Below, in pieces: positions 1-9,050 of a stretch of DNA of 64,000 nt (positions are counted from its first letter, which is position 1; each line of letters begins with the position of its first letter). A program made the translations under genes and the position numbers. Source of the stretch: an uncultured Desulfovibrionaceae bacterium (lineage in GTDB: Bacteria > Bacillota > Dethiobacteria > DTU022 > UBA8154); contig CAZRVU010000001.1 of assembly GCA_964603615.1 (NCBI GenBank), forward strand, positions 1,954 through 65,953, in the 5' to 3' direction. The notes under the pieces were generated by a model. That model had not been told where the DNA came from, did no database searches, and saw only the letters and a list, made by a program, of their open reading frames with translations.

Positions 1-78
1 TTAACAGCAGCTAATAAAAATTGATCATAGATGCGGCAGAGTAGTTGAACAAAAGTAGGAAGGAGGAGCGGTGAGGGA

Positions 79-636
79 ATGATCTCTACCAATGATTTTC
101 ATACGGGGCTAACCATTGAATTGGAGGGGGATATTTTTACAGTAGTAGATTTCCAGCATGTAAAACCAGGCAAAGGCTCTGCTTTTGTTCGTTCCCGGTT
201 AAAAAATATCCGCAGCGGGGCTGTTGTGGAAAAAACCTTCCGGGCAGGCGAAAAAGTGTCCAGGGCAATGATTGAACGTAAAGAAATGGAGTATTTATAT
301 AATAGTGGGGAAGAATATATTTTTATGGATACGGAAAGCTATGAACAGATTTCCCTGGGTTTGTCGCAAGTGGAGGAAAATATTAAGTATTTAAAGGAAA
401 ATGCACGGTTGCAGGTGCTTTTTTACCAGGAGGAGATAATCGGTGTGGATTTGCCTCATTTTGTGGAGCTAAAAGTTACGGAAACAGAACCTGGTTTCAA
501 GGGTGATACTGCTGCCGGCGGGAGCAAACCAGCCAAACTGGAAACGGGTCTGGTTGTCCAGGTACCTTTTTTTATTAACGAAGGGGATATTCTAAAAATT
601 GATACACGTAGTGGAACATATATGGAGCGGGTTTAG
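79..636 (+). CDS. efp: Elongation factor P
   Basis: 185 aa ORF with the EF-P hallmark loop KPGKGSAF and KOW/OB-like layout; strong RBS AGGAAGGAGGAG about 8 nt upstream of the ATG. Confidence 0.9.
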   Translation: MISTNDFHTGLTIELEGDIFTVVDFQHVKPGKGSAFVRSRLKNIRSGAVVEKTFRAGEKVSRAMIERKEMEYLYNSGEEYIFMDTESYEQISLGLSQVEENIKYLKENARLQVLFYQEEIIGVDLPHFVELKVTETEPGFKGDTAAGGSKPAKLETGLVVQVPFFINEGDILKIDTRSGTYMERV

Positions 637-685
637 TGCATGAAAGCAGGGTAAAATTTATTTTTACATTAAAGGAGAGTTAAAA

Positions 686-1252
686 ATGGAAAATCTTGAT
701 ACCAGAATGGGTTATTTAAAAGGATTGATCGATGGCTTGGAGCTAACTGGTGACACAAAGGAAGGTAAGGTTTTTAACCAGATTATAGCGGTGTTCGAGG
801 AAGTGGTTAACTCCATAAAGGAACTAAAAGAAGATTATGACGAACTTTTTTCTTATGTGGAGGCCATTGATGAAGATCTGACTGACTTGGAAGACGAATG
901 CTACGGGGATGACGATGAAGATTATGACTATGACGACGAAGATTATGACTTTGATGATGATGATGACGACGACGACGATGATGAAGATGATGATTATGAT
1001 TTTGATGATGACGGCGATGACTATGAACATGAATTTGCTAATGACGATGAATATGAGATCAGTTTTACGGTAGAATGCCCGGAATGCCACCAGGAAGTAC
1101 CCATTGATAATGATATTTTAGAAAATGACGAGTCCCTGGAGGTGCTCTGCCCCAATTGCGGGAAAGTGGTTTTTATCAATGATGAAGAGTGGGAAGAAGA
1201 ATTGGAAGAAAGCGGTGACGAAGGAGATGAAGATGCCCCTCCAGAAGGCTAA
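686..1252 (+). CDS. Acidic D/E-rich protein with C-terminal CxxC-(N44)-CxxC zinc ribbon (CD1247 N-terminal-domain-like); contains a run of >20 Asp/Glu including DDDDDDDDDDEDDD
   Basis: 188 aa ORF with RBS AGGAGAG upstream. Structured N-terminal ~60 aa is followed by a D/E/Y low-complexity tract, then ECPECHQ...CPNCGK. The antisense 88-aa ORF is an artefact of the GAT/GAC repeat. Confidence 0.6.
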   Translation: MENLDTRMGYLKGLIDGLELTGDTKEGKVFNQIIAVFEEVVNSIKELKEDYDELFSYVEAIDEDLTDLEDECYGDDDEDYDYDDEDYDFDDDDDDDDDDEDDDYDFDDDGDDYEHEFANDDEYEISFTVECPECHQEVPIDNDILENDESLEVLCPNCGKVVFINDEEWEEELEESGDEGDEDAPPEG

Positions 1253-1547
1253 GAATTGCTTCTGGAAGTCCAAAGGATAGGAGTTGCTGCTAGAAGTCTG
1301 AAGCCGCGTTTCATTTAGAGTTTTTTATTTTATGGGGATTGCTACGCAGGCAATATGGGGAATGTTGAAAATATAGATGCAGTAAAGGTCTGAAACCACT
1401 TAAAAGCTACAGTTTTAGCCCCTCTCATCTCGAAACAAAGTCGTGAAATTTTGAGGTTCAAGCGTTTAAGAGAGATCCTTTGCCTCGCGCAGGATGTCAA
1501 AAATGATCTTTTTCAACAGCTTTGAGCGTCCTTGTGGCGTCCTGTTT

Positions 1548-1579
1548 AACTCCTGGTATGTTTGCCAGGAGTTTTTTTG
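1548..1579 (+). terminator. Rho-independent terminator candidate (stem AACTCCTGG/CCAGGAGTT, loop TATGTTTG, then T7)
   Basis: 9-bp inverted repeat followed by TTTTTTT about 300 nt downstream of the acidic protein stop. Confidence 0.5.
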
Positions 1580-1707
1580 ATCAGGTGCTTTATTTCAAAA
1601 AAACAGGCTTGTCATTCATAAAAGGAACTTTGCTGCAATACTAATTGCTAAAGGGGAAGGAGCCCGGGGAACAAGAATATCCAAAGGGGTTTACCCGGAA
1701 ATGAAAG

Positions 1708-2736
1708 GTGAGCTGTGCGATGGCTGCAGCCGAAAATAATATAAAAAAACAAATTTGCCCCTTTTTAGCGCCAAAGATCCGCTCGCTGGTAGAAAAACTG
1801 CCGTTCGATTTTTTGAACAAAACGGAAGAAATACGTTTGAGGCATTCCCGGCCGCTGATTATTGGCTGGGCAGGGGGCGGCGAATCCTTTTTGGGGGAAG
1901 CGGGCCCCGTTTTGACAGCAAACGAGGCCTACCTAATTATGGGCGGGGACTTGGAAAAGACGTTGGAGCTGATTTGCAGTTATTCTCTTTATGCTTTTGA
2001 GGAAGAGTTGAAGCAAGGTTTTTTAACCCTGCCCGGCGGGCACCGGGTCGGATTGGCCGGGAGAGCAGTGCTTGAAAAAGGCAGGATAAAAATATTGCGG
2101 GATATTAGCTCGCTAAATTTCCGTGTGGCCCGCCAGATTAAGGGATCCGGGGAAAAAGTGCTTGGTTTTTTGTTTGATCGGCGCGGCAGCCGCATCTACC
2201 ATACTCTGGTTATCTCTCCGCCACAGGCCGGGAAAACCACGCTACTCCGGGATTTGGCCCGGTTGATTAGCGAAGGTGCCGGGATTATTGGCCAAACCGG
2301 GAGGAAGGTGGGTATTGTTGATGAACGTTCGGAGATTGCCGGTTGTTTCCAGGGAGTTCCTCAACTGGATGTTGGTACAAGGACAGATGTTTTGGATGCT
2401 TGCCCTAAGGCAGAGGGTATAATGCTCATGCTGCGTTCTCTTTCGCCGCAGGTGATTATTACAGATGAACTTGGTAGAGCAAAGGATGTACAGGCTATTG
2501 CAGAAGCTGTTTCTGCCGGAGTTTCAGTGATTGCTTCTGTGCATGGTTCTTCCTTGGAGGAGATCTGCCAACGCCCGGTTTTGGGGGAGTTGTTACAAAG
2601 GAATTACTTTGAACGCTTGATATTTCTAAGCAACAAACGAGGTCCGGGGACTTTGGAGATGATTGTCGAGGGTGAAAGAGGATTGCCCCTGTATTCTGCT
2701 CGTTATGGGGGCGGGGGGCAAATGGATGTACCTTAA
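1708..2736 (+). CDS. spoIIIAA: Stage III sporulation protein AA (ATPase)
   Basis: Walker A PPQAGKTTLLRDL; length and position at the head of the spoIIIA operon directly after efp as in Bacillus; the true start may be a few codons downstream (MAAAENN). Confidence 0.85.
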   Translation: MSCAMAAAENNIKKQICPFLAPKIRSLVEKLPFDFLNKTEEIRLRHSRPLIIGWAGGGESFLGEAGPVLTANEAYLIMGGDLEKTLELICSYSLYAFEEELKQGFLTLPGGHRVGLAGRAVLEKGRIKILRDISSLNFRVARQIKGSGEKVLGFLFDRRGSRIYHTLVISPPQAGKTTLLRDLARLISEGAGIIGQTGRKVGIVDERSEIAGCFQGVPQLDVGTRTDVLDACPKAEGIMLMLRSLSPQVIITDELGRAKDVQAIAEAVSAGVSVIASVHGSSLEEICQRPVLGELLQRNYFERLIFLSNKRGPGTLEMIVEGERGLPLYSARYGGGGQMDVP

Positions 2737-3247
2737 ATGCCTGGGGGCGGCTCTGATTATCGCCGCTGCTTATTTTTACGGGAGCAGCATCTCTGCTTTT
2801 TATCAGAACCGCGTCAGCCAGTTAGAAGAACTTTTGCTGGGGCTGGAGATGTTTTTTACGGAGGTTAATTATGGTCTTACCCCTTTGCCGCATGCTTTTG
2901 CAAATATTGGAGCGAAACTAAAAAAACCGGTTGGGGCCATTTTTTTGGATGCGGGCCAGGAAATGCAAAAAGGTGCAGGGCTAAGTGCCCGCGAATGCTG
3001 GCAAAAAGCCCTGGGTAATCATTCCGCGGTGCTTGTTCTTTCTTCCCGTGGCAGGAAGTTGTTGGATAGGCTGGGACTGGCCTGGGGAAAAGGTAATAAA
3101 AGTGATCAACTGCGGCAAATAGCATTAATCCAGGAATTGCTGAGACAGGTCCTGCACGAGGCACGGGAAGAGTTACAAAAAAACGATAAACTGTGGAGGT
3201 ACCTGGGGCTGCTAGGCGGCACGACCCTGGTAATTTTTCTTTTTTAA
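2726..3247 (+). CDS. spoIIIAB: Stage III sporulation protein AB
   Basis: 174 aa from ATG 2726, overlapping the spoIIIAA stop (typical translational coupling); N-terminal TM helix MYLKCLGAALIIAAAYFYG; operon position. Confidence 0.8.
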   Translation: MYLKCLGAALIIAAAYFYGSSISAFYQNRVSQLEELLLGLEMFFTEVNYGLTPLPHAFANIGAKLKKPVGAIFLDAGQEMQKGAGLSARECWQKALGNHSAVLVLSSRGRKLLDRLGLAWGKGNKSDQLRQIALIQELLRQVLHEAREELQKNDKLWRYLGLLGGTTLVIFLF

Positions 3248-3324
3248 TAAAGACTCATTTTAAGGAACGCTAAAAATCCCCGGTTTAGAACAAAAGGTGC
3301 TGGATTCGGGAGAGGGGTTTATAA

Positions 3325-3531
3325 ATGCATGTTTTAAGAGTTGACCTCCTTTTTCAGATCGCCGGAATTGGCATTTTTATCTCTGTTATCAATATTGTCC
3401 TTAAGCAGGCAGGCAAGGAGGAACAAGCCCAAATGCTGACCCTGGTAGGGGTGGTGATCGTTCTTTTGTTGGTTTTACAATTGTTGGGGGAGCTTTTCAG
3501 CAGCATCCGTGAACTTTTCTATTTATATTAA
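3325..3531 (+). CDS. spoIIIAC: Stage III sporulation protein AC
   Basis: 68-aa two-TM protein MHVLRVDLLFQIAGIGIF... with typical SpoIIIAC size and sequence. Confidence 0.85.
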   Translation: MHVLRVDLLFQIAGIGIFISVINIVLKQAGKEEQAQMLTLVGVVIVLLLVLQLLGELFSSIRELFYLY

Positions 3532-3538
3532 CTATCTT

Positions 3539-3764
3539 GATTCTACTGCATAAATTCTATTTGCAAGGCGTTCGCTGGAATCAGCATCCCTTCGACTGGC
3601 AATTTTTCGACCGGGCCCATTGAACGTCCTCTTCAAAAGGCCCTAAAAATGGCGTCCTGCCATTTTTGCTTCAAAATTGTGGCGTCTTCATGGGCTGAAT
3701 TTTACAGCTCCCGCCCCAGCAAATTTTGTTTTATGCAACAGAATGTAATTTTTGCAGTGGAATC
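3539..3764. mobile_element. MITE-like 226-bp element, copy 1 (12-bp terminal inverted repeats GATTCTACTGCA ... TGCAGTGGAATC), inserted between spoIIIAC and spoIIIAD
   Basis: Reverse complement recurs at 60208..60432 with about 12 differences including one 1-bp indel (manual alignment, ~95% identity); contains an internal palindrome AAAAATGGCGTCCTGCCATTTTT and a 42-codon ORF. Confidence 0.6.
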
Positions 3765-3782
3765 ATATTATGCCTAATTTAA

Positions 3783-4181
3783 GTGGTGTTTGCTATGGAG
3801 ATTGCTCAGGTGATGGCTTTTGGGGTTATTGCTACCATACTTATTCTCTTTATCCGTCAGAACAGGCCCGATCTGGCTCAACTGCTTTCCATCGGCGTGG
3901 GGCTAGTGATCGTCACCTATGTACTGGGTTACCTAAAAATGGTTATTGATATCATCACCGATTTGGCTTTGGAAGCCGAGATCGACACCGTTTTTTTAAG
4001 AATTCTGCTACGCGTGATTGGTGTTGCTTATTTGGCGGAATTTGGTGCCCAGGTCTGCCGGGACGCAGGAGAGGGTAATATTGCCATTAAAATTGAATTT
4101 GCCGGGAAAATTCTGATTTTAGTGATGGCTGTGCCTGTTTTAGTGGCAGTTTTGGAGGGCATTGTTAATTTTATACCTTGA
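3783..4181 (+). CDS. spoIIIAD: Stage III sporulation protein AD
   Basis: 132-aa multi-TM protein; operon order; start may be the internal MEIAQV (3795). Confidence 0.85.
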   Translation: MVFAMEIAQVMAFGVIATILILFIRQNRPDLAQLLSIGVGLVIVTYVLGYLKMVIDIITDLALEAEIDTVFLRILLRVIGVAYLAEFGAQVCRDAGEGNIAIKIEFAGKILILVMAVPVLVAVLEGIVNFIP

Positions 4182-4361
4182 ACCGGCCTTGTCAAGATCA
4201 AAGAACCAGCCTTGTTAAGATCAAAAATTGGGTTAAAAAGTATTTTATCAGTTACCTTGAAAAGGTTTTGTTTACACGATCGTTTACGGGAACTTGGCCA
4301 AACGGACACAAGCCTTATTTAAAAAGAGTTCTAGCCAAAGGCGAAGGCAAAGTGAGGTAAG

Positions 4362-5573
4362 ATGGGTCTTTTGAAATGTTTTCTGAAAAAAGTTTTTCCG
4401 ATCCTATGTACCGGTATGTTGATTTGGGCATACCCCGGGGGGGGGCAGGCCCTGGCAGAGATGCAGGGCTTTTCTAGTTATGTTGCCGGCGAAAACGAAA
4501 GCATAGAGAACATGTTGCCTCCAGAATGGGAGTGGGTTGAAAAATATTGGTCTGAACTGCAAGTTGAAATGGATGAGTATTTGCCGGCCTGGCAGATCGG
4601 GGATATTTGGAAGGAAGGGGGGAGCGGGCTTCTTCCTTACCGGGAGTTTTGTACAGGCCTGGGGCGGTTTTTTTTAGCCGAAGTAATTGCTAATTTGGGG
4701 CTACTGGGGCAGCTTCTTTTTCTGGCTGTAGTTGCCGCCCTGCTGAAAAGCTTGCAAGGGGCTTTTGGCCAGGAAGAAGTTGCCAGGCTGACGGAAGCCG
4801 TTGTCTTTTTTGTTTTATTGGGATTGGCTTTAAAAAGTTTTACCTTAATTATGGAGACAGGAAGAAATACGGTGGAAAGCATGGTTAATTTTATGCTGGC
4901 TCTCCTGCCTGTTTTACTTACTTTATTAGCCTCGCTTGGCCATATTACTCTGGTTACTCTTTTTCACCCTTTCATTATCTTTGCTGTTCATTTTATTGCT
5001 TCTTCGGTCAACAACGTCATCTTTCCGCTGATTCTCTTTGCTACTATTCTTTACCTGGTAAGCCATTTTTCAGCGCATTTCAAAATAAACCGGCTGGCCG
5101 ATTTTTTCCGGGATTGTGGCATTTTGGGGTTGGGGCTTTTGTTAACGGTTTTTATCGGATTAATAACAATGCAAGGGGTGGCCGGGGGGATTGGCGATGC
5201 CATAACTTTAAGGACGGCCAAATTTTTGACGGGTGCCATTATCCCCGTGGTAGGCGGTATATTGACCGATACGGTGGAAACTGTAATCAGTTATTCTTTG
5301 TTAATAAAAAACAGCGCGACTATTGCCGGATTGGTAATCTTAGCTTTGGTGGTAGTTTTTCCCCTGGTGAAAATTTTGACGCTGGTCGCGGTTTATAAAT
5401 TTTGTGGTGCGATTATTCAACCTTTGGGGGAAACCATTTTGGGAGAAGCATTGCAGACAATGGGTAAAAGCCTCACCTTGATTTTTGCTGCCGTAGCTAC
5501 AGTAGCTTTAGTTTTTTTTATTGGGATTGCCATGCTGATTGGTGCCAGCAATGCCACGGTCATGCTGCGCTGA
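4362..5573 (+). CDS. spoIIIAE: Stage III sporulation protein AE
   Basis: 403-aa polytopic membrane protein with N-terminal signal/TM and multiple TM segments, typical SpoIIIAE size and position. Confidence 0.85.
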   Translation: MGLLKCFLKKVFPILCTGMLIWAYPGGGQALAEMQGFSSYVAGENESIENMLPPEWEWVEKYWSELQVEMDEYLPAWQIGDIWKEGGSGLLPYREFCTGLGRFFLAEVIANLGLLGQLLFLAVVAALLKSLQGAFGQEEVARLTEAVVFFVLLGLALKSFTLIMETGRNTVESMVNFMLALLPVLLTLLASLGHITLVTLFHPFIIFAVHFIASSVNNVIFPLILFATILYLVSHFSAHFKINRLADFFRDCGILGLGLLLTVFIGLITMQGVAGGIGDAITLRTAKFLTGAIIPVVGGILTDTVETVISYSLLIKNSATIAGLVILALVVVFPLVKILTLVAVYKFCGAIIQPLGETILGEALQTMGKSLTLIFAAVATVALVFFIGIAMLIGASNATVMLR

Positions 5574-5619
5574 AGCGGCATTGTTTACATGATGCTACTT
5601 TGAGGGAGGGTAAAATAAA

Positions 5620-6369
5620 TTGCTGGATACTATCAGCAATCTGATCCGCTATCTCGTGATTCTTATTTTTATCAGCACCCTTTTGGAGATGATTTTGCCG
5701 CAGGGGGTTTTCCGTCGCTACCTGCGGATGCTGGTTGGGATCTTGCTGATTTTTGCGCTGATTACGCCGCTACAAAAGATAATGCATCTAGCGCCCTATT
5801 GGGAAATGCCATCTTTGATAGAAAGCCGGGATAGTGAAGGTGCCGGCGAATTGGAGGTGATTCTTAGCCGTGGCGAACAACTTTACCGGGATAAAATGGA
5901 AACGGCCCTGGAAGATTATCAAAAACAAGTTTTTCATTTGTTGGAGGGTGAACTCTGCCGGGAATTTAACTACAAGCTCCTTCAACTCCGCCTCGAAAAC
6001 GAAGATGATCCGGGTAGCAAGGATTTTGGCATGACGGAAAATATTTACGCAGTGGTTCGGGTGCAGGAACCTATTTCCCGGGTAGAGCCTTCCAGTGGTC
6101 CTGAAAAGATCCGGGTTTCTGTAAATGTTGCCCCTCCCGGCCTGCAGGTTTCTACGGAAAAAAGCGGGGTAGGGGGAATGGAAGGGGCAAAAAATTTGGA
6201 TAGAACAATAGAGGCGGAAAAGGTAGAAAAGGCCGGGGGGGCTGCAGATTCTGGAAACAGTTTAATTCTCGTGGCTCCTCCTGGGGATCCAATAAAAGAG
6301 ATTGCCCAGTATATTGCATCGTTTTTCCGTCTTTCTCCGGAGCATGTTCATGTTGAAATTTTGCCTTGA
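5620..6369 (+). CDS. spoIIIAF: Stage III sporulation protein AF
   Basis: N-terminal double TM (LIRYLVILIFISTLLEMILP) followed by a soluble domain; operon position. Confidence 0.75.
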   Translation: MLDTISNLIRYLVILIFISTLLEMILPQGVFRRYLRMLVGILLIFALITPLQKIMHLAPYWEMPSLIESRDSEGAGELEVILSRGEQLYRDKMETALEDYQKQVFHLLEGELCREFNYKLLQLRLENEDDPGSKDFGMTENIYAVVRVQEPISRVEPSSGPEKIRVSVNVAPPGLQVSTEKSGVGGMEGAKNLDRTIEAEKVEKAGGAADSGNSLILVAPPGDPIKEIAQYIASFFRLSPEHVHVEILP

Positions 6370-7016
6370 GAGGTGAAAAGATGCCCGATAAAAAACAAAA
6401 TAATATGTGGCACGCTTTAAGACAGGCTCTTTTTTTAAATAAGAGCCTGGAAGGCAGGAAAAGGAGCTATTTACTATTAGCTTTGCTTTTTCTGGGAATA
6501 ATATTGATGCTGGCTGGCTCTATTTTTTCGCCATCAAAAAAAATACCGGCCACCGATTACCGGAAAACCGGGGATGACGCAGGGGATTTTGTGGCAGTAG
6601 TTAATTTATACGAAAAAGATTTGAGCCAATCTTTGCAGCAGGTATTAGAACATATTGATGGGATCAGCCGGGTAGAGGTATTTATAAATTTTGCCGGTAC
6701 CAAGGAATCAATTTTTGGTCTCACCCATGAAGAAAGCAGCAAGCAAACGGCAGAAAGCGATCGGGAGGGGGGGCAGCGGGAGGTCCTGGAAAAAAACTGC
6801 AAAGAGGATTATGTTTTGCTGCGGGAGGCGGGGGGCGGGGAGAGGCCTTTACTGTTAAGCGAAAATATGCCCCGGATTACCGGCATACTGGTTGTGGCAG
6901 AAGGGGCGGAAAACAGTTTCTTGCGTCTAGAGGTGGTCCGTGCTATTCAGGGTGCCCTGCACCTGCCTGTGCACCGCATAGCTGTTTTGCCCCGCGGCGG
7001 TAATCCAAAAAAATGA
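6366..7016 (+). CDS. spoIIIAG: Stage III sporulation protein AG
   Basis: Single N-terminal TM then a soluble domain; overlaps the spoIIIAF stop by 4 nt; operon position. Confidence 0.7.
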   Translation: MRGEKMPDKKQNNMWHALRQALFLNKSLEGRKRSYLLLALLFLGIILMLAGSIFSPSKKIPATDYRKTGDDAGDFVAVVNLYEKDLSQSLQQVLEHIDGISRVEVFINFAGTKESIFGLTHEESSKQTAESDREGGQREVLEKNCKEDYVLLREAGGGERPLLLSENMPRITGILVVAEGAENSFLRLEVVRAIQGALHLPVHRIAVLPRGGNPKK

Positions 7017-7038
7017 GGGGGAGGGGGGCTGGCAGGTC

Positions 7039-7575
7039 ATGAATAGGAGAGCAATTTGGGTCGTAAGTTTACTGTTAATTGCAGTTGTGGTTTATCTATT
7101 TTTAAGCGGTGTGGAGAAAGAAATGAGCAGGATTGAAATAATCCCTGATGAAGAAATGTTTCAGCCTTTGATGTCCGGGGATCTTTCCGATGACCCGGCA
7201 CAGTGGAAGTTTGATGATGCCACAGCTTTTTTTGTGGAATACCGCCTCGAAAGAGACCGGGTGCGAAGCCAGGAGATAGAAATGCTCAATGAAATGATCG
7301 ATAATCCCCGGGTAGGGCCGGAAGCGCGGCTGGAAGCGGAGCAGCAGCTATTGCAAGCGGTGGAACAGATGGAAAAAGAACTGATTGTAGAGAGTATGCT
7401 CAAAGCACAGGGGTATAAGGATGCTCTTTTGTTTTCATTGCGCCGGGGAACTACGGTTATGATCGAGGCAGAAAAGTTGGCTGCTGACGATTATTTAAGC
7501 ATAGCAGAAATGGTTGCCGCTTCGTTGGAGGTGCCCAGGGAGGAAGTACGCATCATTCAACATAGTCACTTTTAA
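7039..7575 (+). CDS. spoIIIAH: Stage III sporulation protein AH
   Basis: N-terminal TM (IWVVSLLLIAVVVYLF) then a coiled/YscJ-like soluble domain; last gene of the operon as in B. subtilis. Confidence 0.7.
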   Translation: MNRRAIWVVSLLLIAVVVYLFLSGVEKEMSRIEIIPDEEMFQPLMSGDLSDDPAQWKFDDATAFFVEYRLERDRVRSQEIEMLNEMIDNPRVGPEARLEAEQQLLQAVEQMEKELIVESMLKAQGYKDALLFSLRRGTTVMIEAEKLAADDYLSIAEMVAASLEVPREEVRIIQHSHF

Positions 7576-7581
7576 ATTTAT

Positions 7582-7611
7582 TTGTAAAGCCGTGGTAACA
7601 TCTGGTATAAT
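7582..7611 (+). promoter_or_regulatory. SigA-type promoter candidate (TTGTAA - 18 nt - TGgTATAAT) upstream of asp23
   Basis: -35 TTGTAA at 7582-7587 and extended -10 TGGTATAAT at 7603-7611; about 60 nt upstream of the asp23 RBS. Confidence 0.4.
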
Positions 7612-7672
7612 AAGCACATATTTAATGTTATTTAAAAAGATTGAAGAATTAAATAATTAAGGAGGAGAAATA

Positions 7673-8059
7673 ATGAGCGAGGTCCGCAATCTTCCCTCTG
7701 AATTGGGTACAATTCGTATTGCAGATGAGGTTGTTTCGATCATTTCCGGTTTGGCTGCTACGGAAGTTGAGGGTGTGGCCAGTATGAGTGGCGGCATCGC
7801 TGGCGGTATTGCCGAAGCACTGGGACGTAAAAATTTGTCCAAGGGAGTAAAGGTGGAAGTTGGCGAGGAAGAGGCTGCAGTCGATTTATTTATGATCGTT
7901 AGCTATGGTTCACGAATTCCTGATGTAGCCTGGCAGGTTCAAGAAAATGTAAAAAAAGCGGTTGAAAGTATGACTGGTTTAAGGGTAATTAAGGTCAATG
8001 TACATGTCCAGGGGGTTAGTTTTCCGCAGCAAAAATCAGAAGAAGAAGAAAACAAGTAG
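7673..8059 (+). CDS. asp23: Asp23/Gls24 family alkaline shock protein
   Basis: 128 aa; DUF322-type sequence LGTIRIADEVVSIISGLAATEVEGV; strong RBS AAGGAGGAG. Confidence 0.8.
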   Translation: MSEVRNLPSELGTIRIADEVVSIISGLAATEVEGVASMSGGIAGGIAEALGRKNLSKGVKVEVGEEEAAVDLFMIVSYGSRIPDVAWQVQENVKKAVESMTGLRVIKVNVHVQGVSFPQQKSEEEENK

Positions 8060-8064
8060 CCGGG

Positions 8065-8110
8065 GAAGAGCTAACCTCCTGTTTCAATCCGTACAGGAGG
8101 TTAGCTCTTC
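8065..8110 (+). promoter_or_regulatory. Perfect 17-bp stem-loop (GAAGAGCTAACCTCCTG / CAGGAGGTTAGCTCTTC, 12-nt loop) between asp23 and amaP
   Basis: Seen directly in sequence; not followed by a U-tract, so more likely an RNA processing/stability or attenuator element than an intrinsic terminator. Confidence 0.5.
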
Positions 8111-8136
8111 TGGCTGGGAAGGGGGTAAAATAACCT

Positions 8137-8688
8137 ATGGGAACGGGAAGCCGCATCATACTGGCTATCCTGGGAGTTTGCGGTCTTTTGTGCGGTATTT
8201 TTCTGATACTGGTCACGCTAGGGCTTATTGTTCCGGTTGGGTTTCCTTTTACCGACCGGCTTGCCGGTGATTTAAGTATTACTCTTTTTGGCGTGCTGAT
8301 TTTTGTTATTGGGATCATCTTGCTGTTTTTTTCTGCAAGAAGCAGCAAGAAGGAGGGAGGGGGCGGTGCCGGTGCTACTATCGTCAGCTTTACAGAAACC
8401 GGTGAGATACGCATCTCTTTCCGGGCGGTTGAAAATATGGTTCTAAATGCCTCCCGTAAGGTTAAGGGCGTTCGTGAAATCAATACACGCCTTAATTTTA
8501 CCGAGCAGGGTCTCGTTATCTACCTGCGCATTAAGGTCATACCCGATCTGCCTATTCCTGCCTTGGTAAATGAGCTACAGAATACGGTCCGTGAGTATGT
8601 GCAGGAGATTAGCGGGACCAATGTAGCCGAAGTTAAGGTTTTGGTGGAAAATATCGCCCAGGAAACAATTGAAAAAAAAGTTCGTTGA
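8137..8688 (+). CDS. amaP: Alkaline shock response membrane anchor protein AmaP
   Basis: N-terminal TM helices followed by an Asp23-like domain; conserved asp23-amaP-DUF2273 gene order. Confidence 0.7.
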   Translation: MGTGSRIILAILGVCGLLCGIFLILVTLGLIVPVGFPFTDRLAGDLSITLFGVLIFVIGIILLFFSARSSKKEGGGGAGATIVSFTETGEIRISFRAVENMVLNASRKVKGVREINTRLNFTEQGLVIYLRIKVIPDLPIPALVNELQNTVREYVQEISGTNVAEVKVLVENIAQETIEKKVR

Positions 8689-8929
8689 GGGTGTGAGCAC
8701 TTTGGGTGAGCATAATTATTTAAGGTTTATTAGCGAAAACCCCGGTAAAATATTGGGCGGCCTGCTGGGTTTGCTAGTGGCTGTTATCATAGTATTTTTT
8801 GGTTTTTGGCGGGGTCTTTTTATTCTTCTCTGTGTTTCTGTTGGCATCTACCTGGGTGCCCGGGCAGAAAAAGATGAAGGGTTAAGTGTCCTACTGGAAA
8901 GATTCCGTTTTGGGCGGGACCGTTTTTAA
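8669..8929 (+). CDS. DUF2273 small membrane protein
   Basis: Two-TM small protein immediately after amaP; the true start is probably the internal M that removes the overlap. Confidence 0.55.
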   Translation: MKKKFVEGVSTLGEHNYLRFISENPGKILGGLLGLLVAVIIVFFGFWRGLFILLCVSVGIYLGARAEKDEGLSVLLERFRFGRDRF

Positions 8930-9050
8930 AATTTTACCGGCAACGGTTTTATCGTACATGAAAATTTGATGCTTATTTAAATAAGATAGATTCCGTGGTT
9001 TTAAGGGATGCTGCAGAACAAACTGGCGGTTAGGGAAAGGGGTACAGGCT

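Noticed and set aside
824-1090. 88-aa minus-strand ORF rich in I/V/F antisense to the acidic protein gene
   Set aside because: It is the reverse-complement reading of the GAT/GAC/GAA codon repeat. It has no RBS and its low-complexity composition mirrors the sense strand.
3649-3777. 42-codon ORF inside the MITE-like element as a genuine small-protein gene
   Set aside because: Conservation between copies is explained by ~95% DNA identity. The copy-2 version reads through into plsY antisense with a different C-terminus. Too few substitutions to infer selection, so it is treated as incidental pending a copy census.
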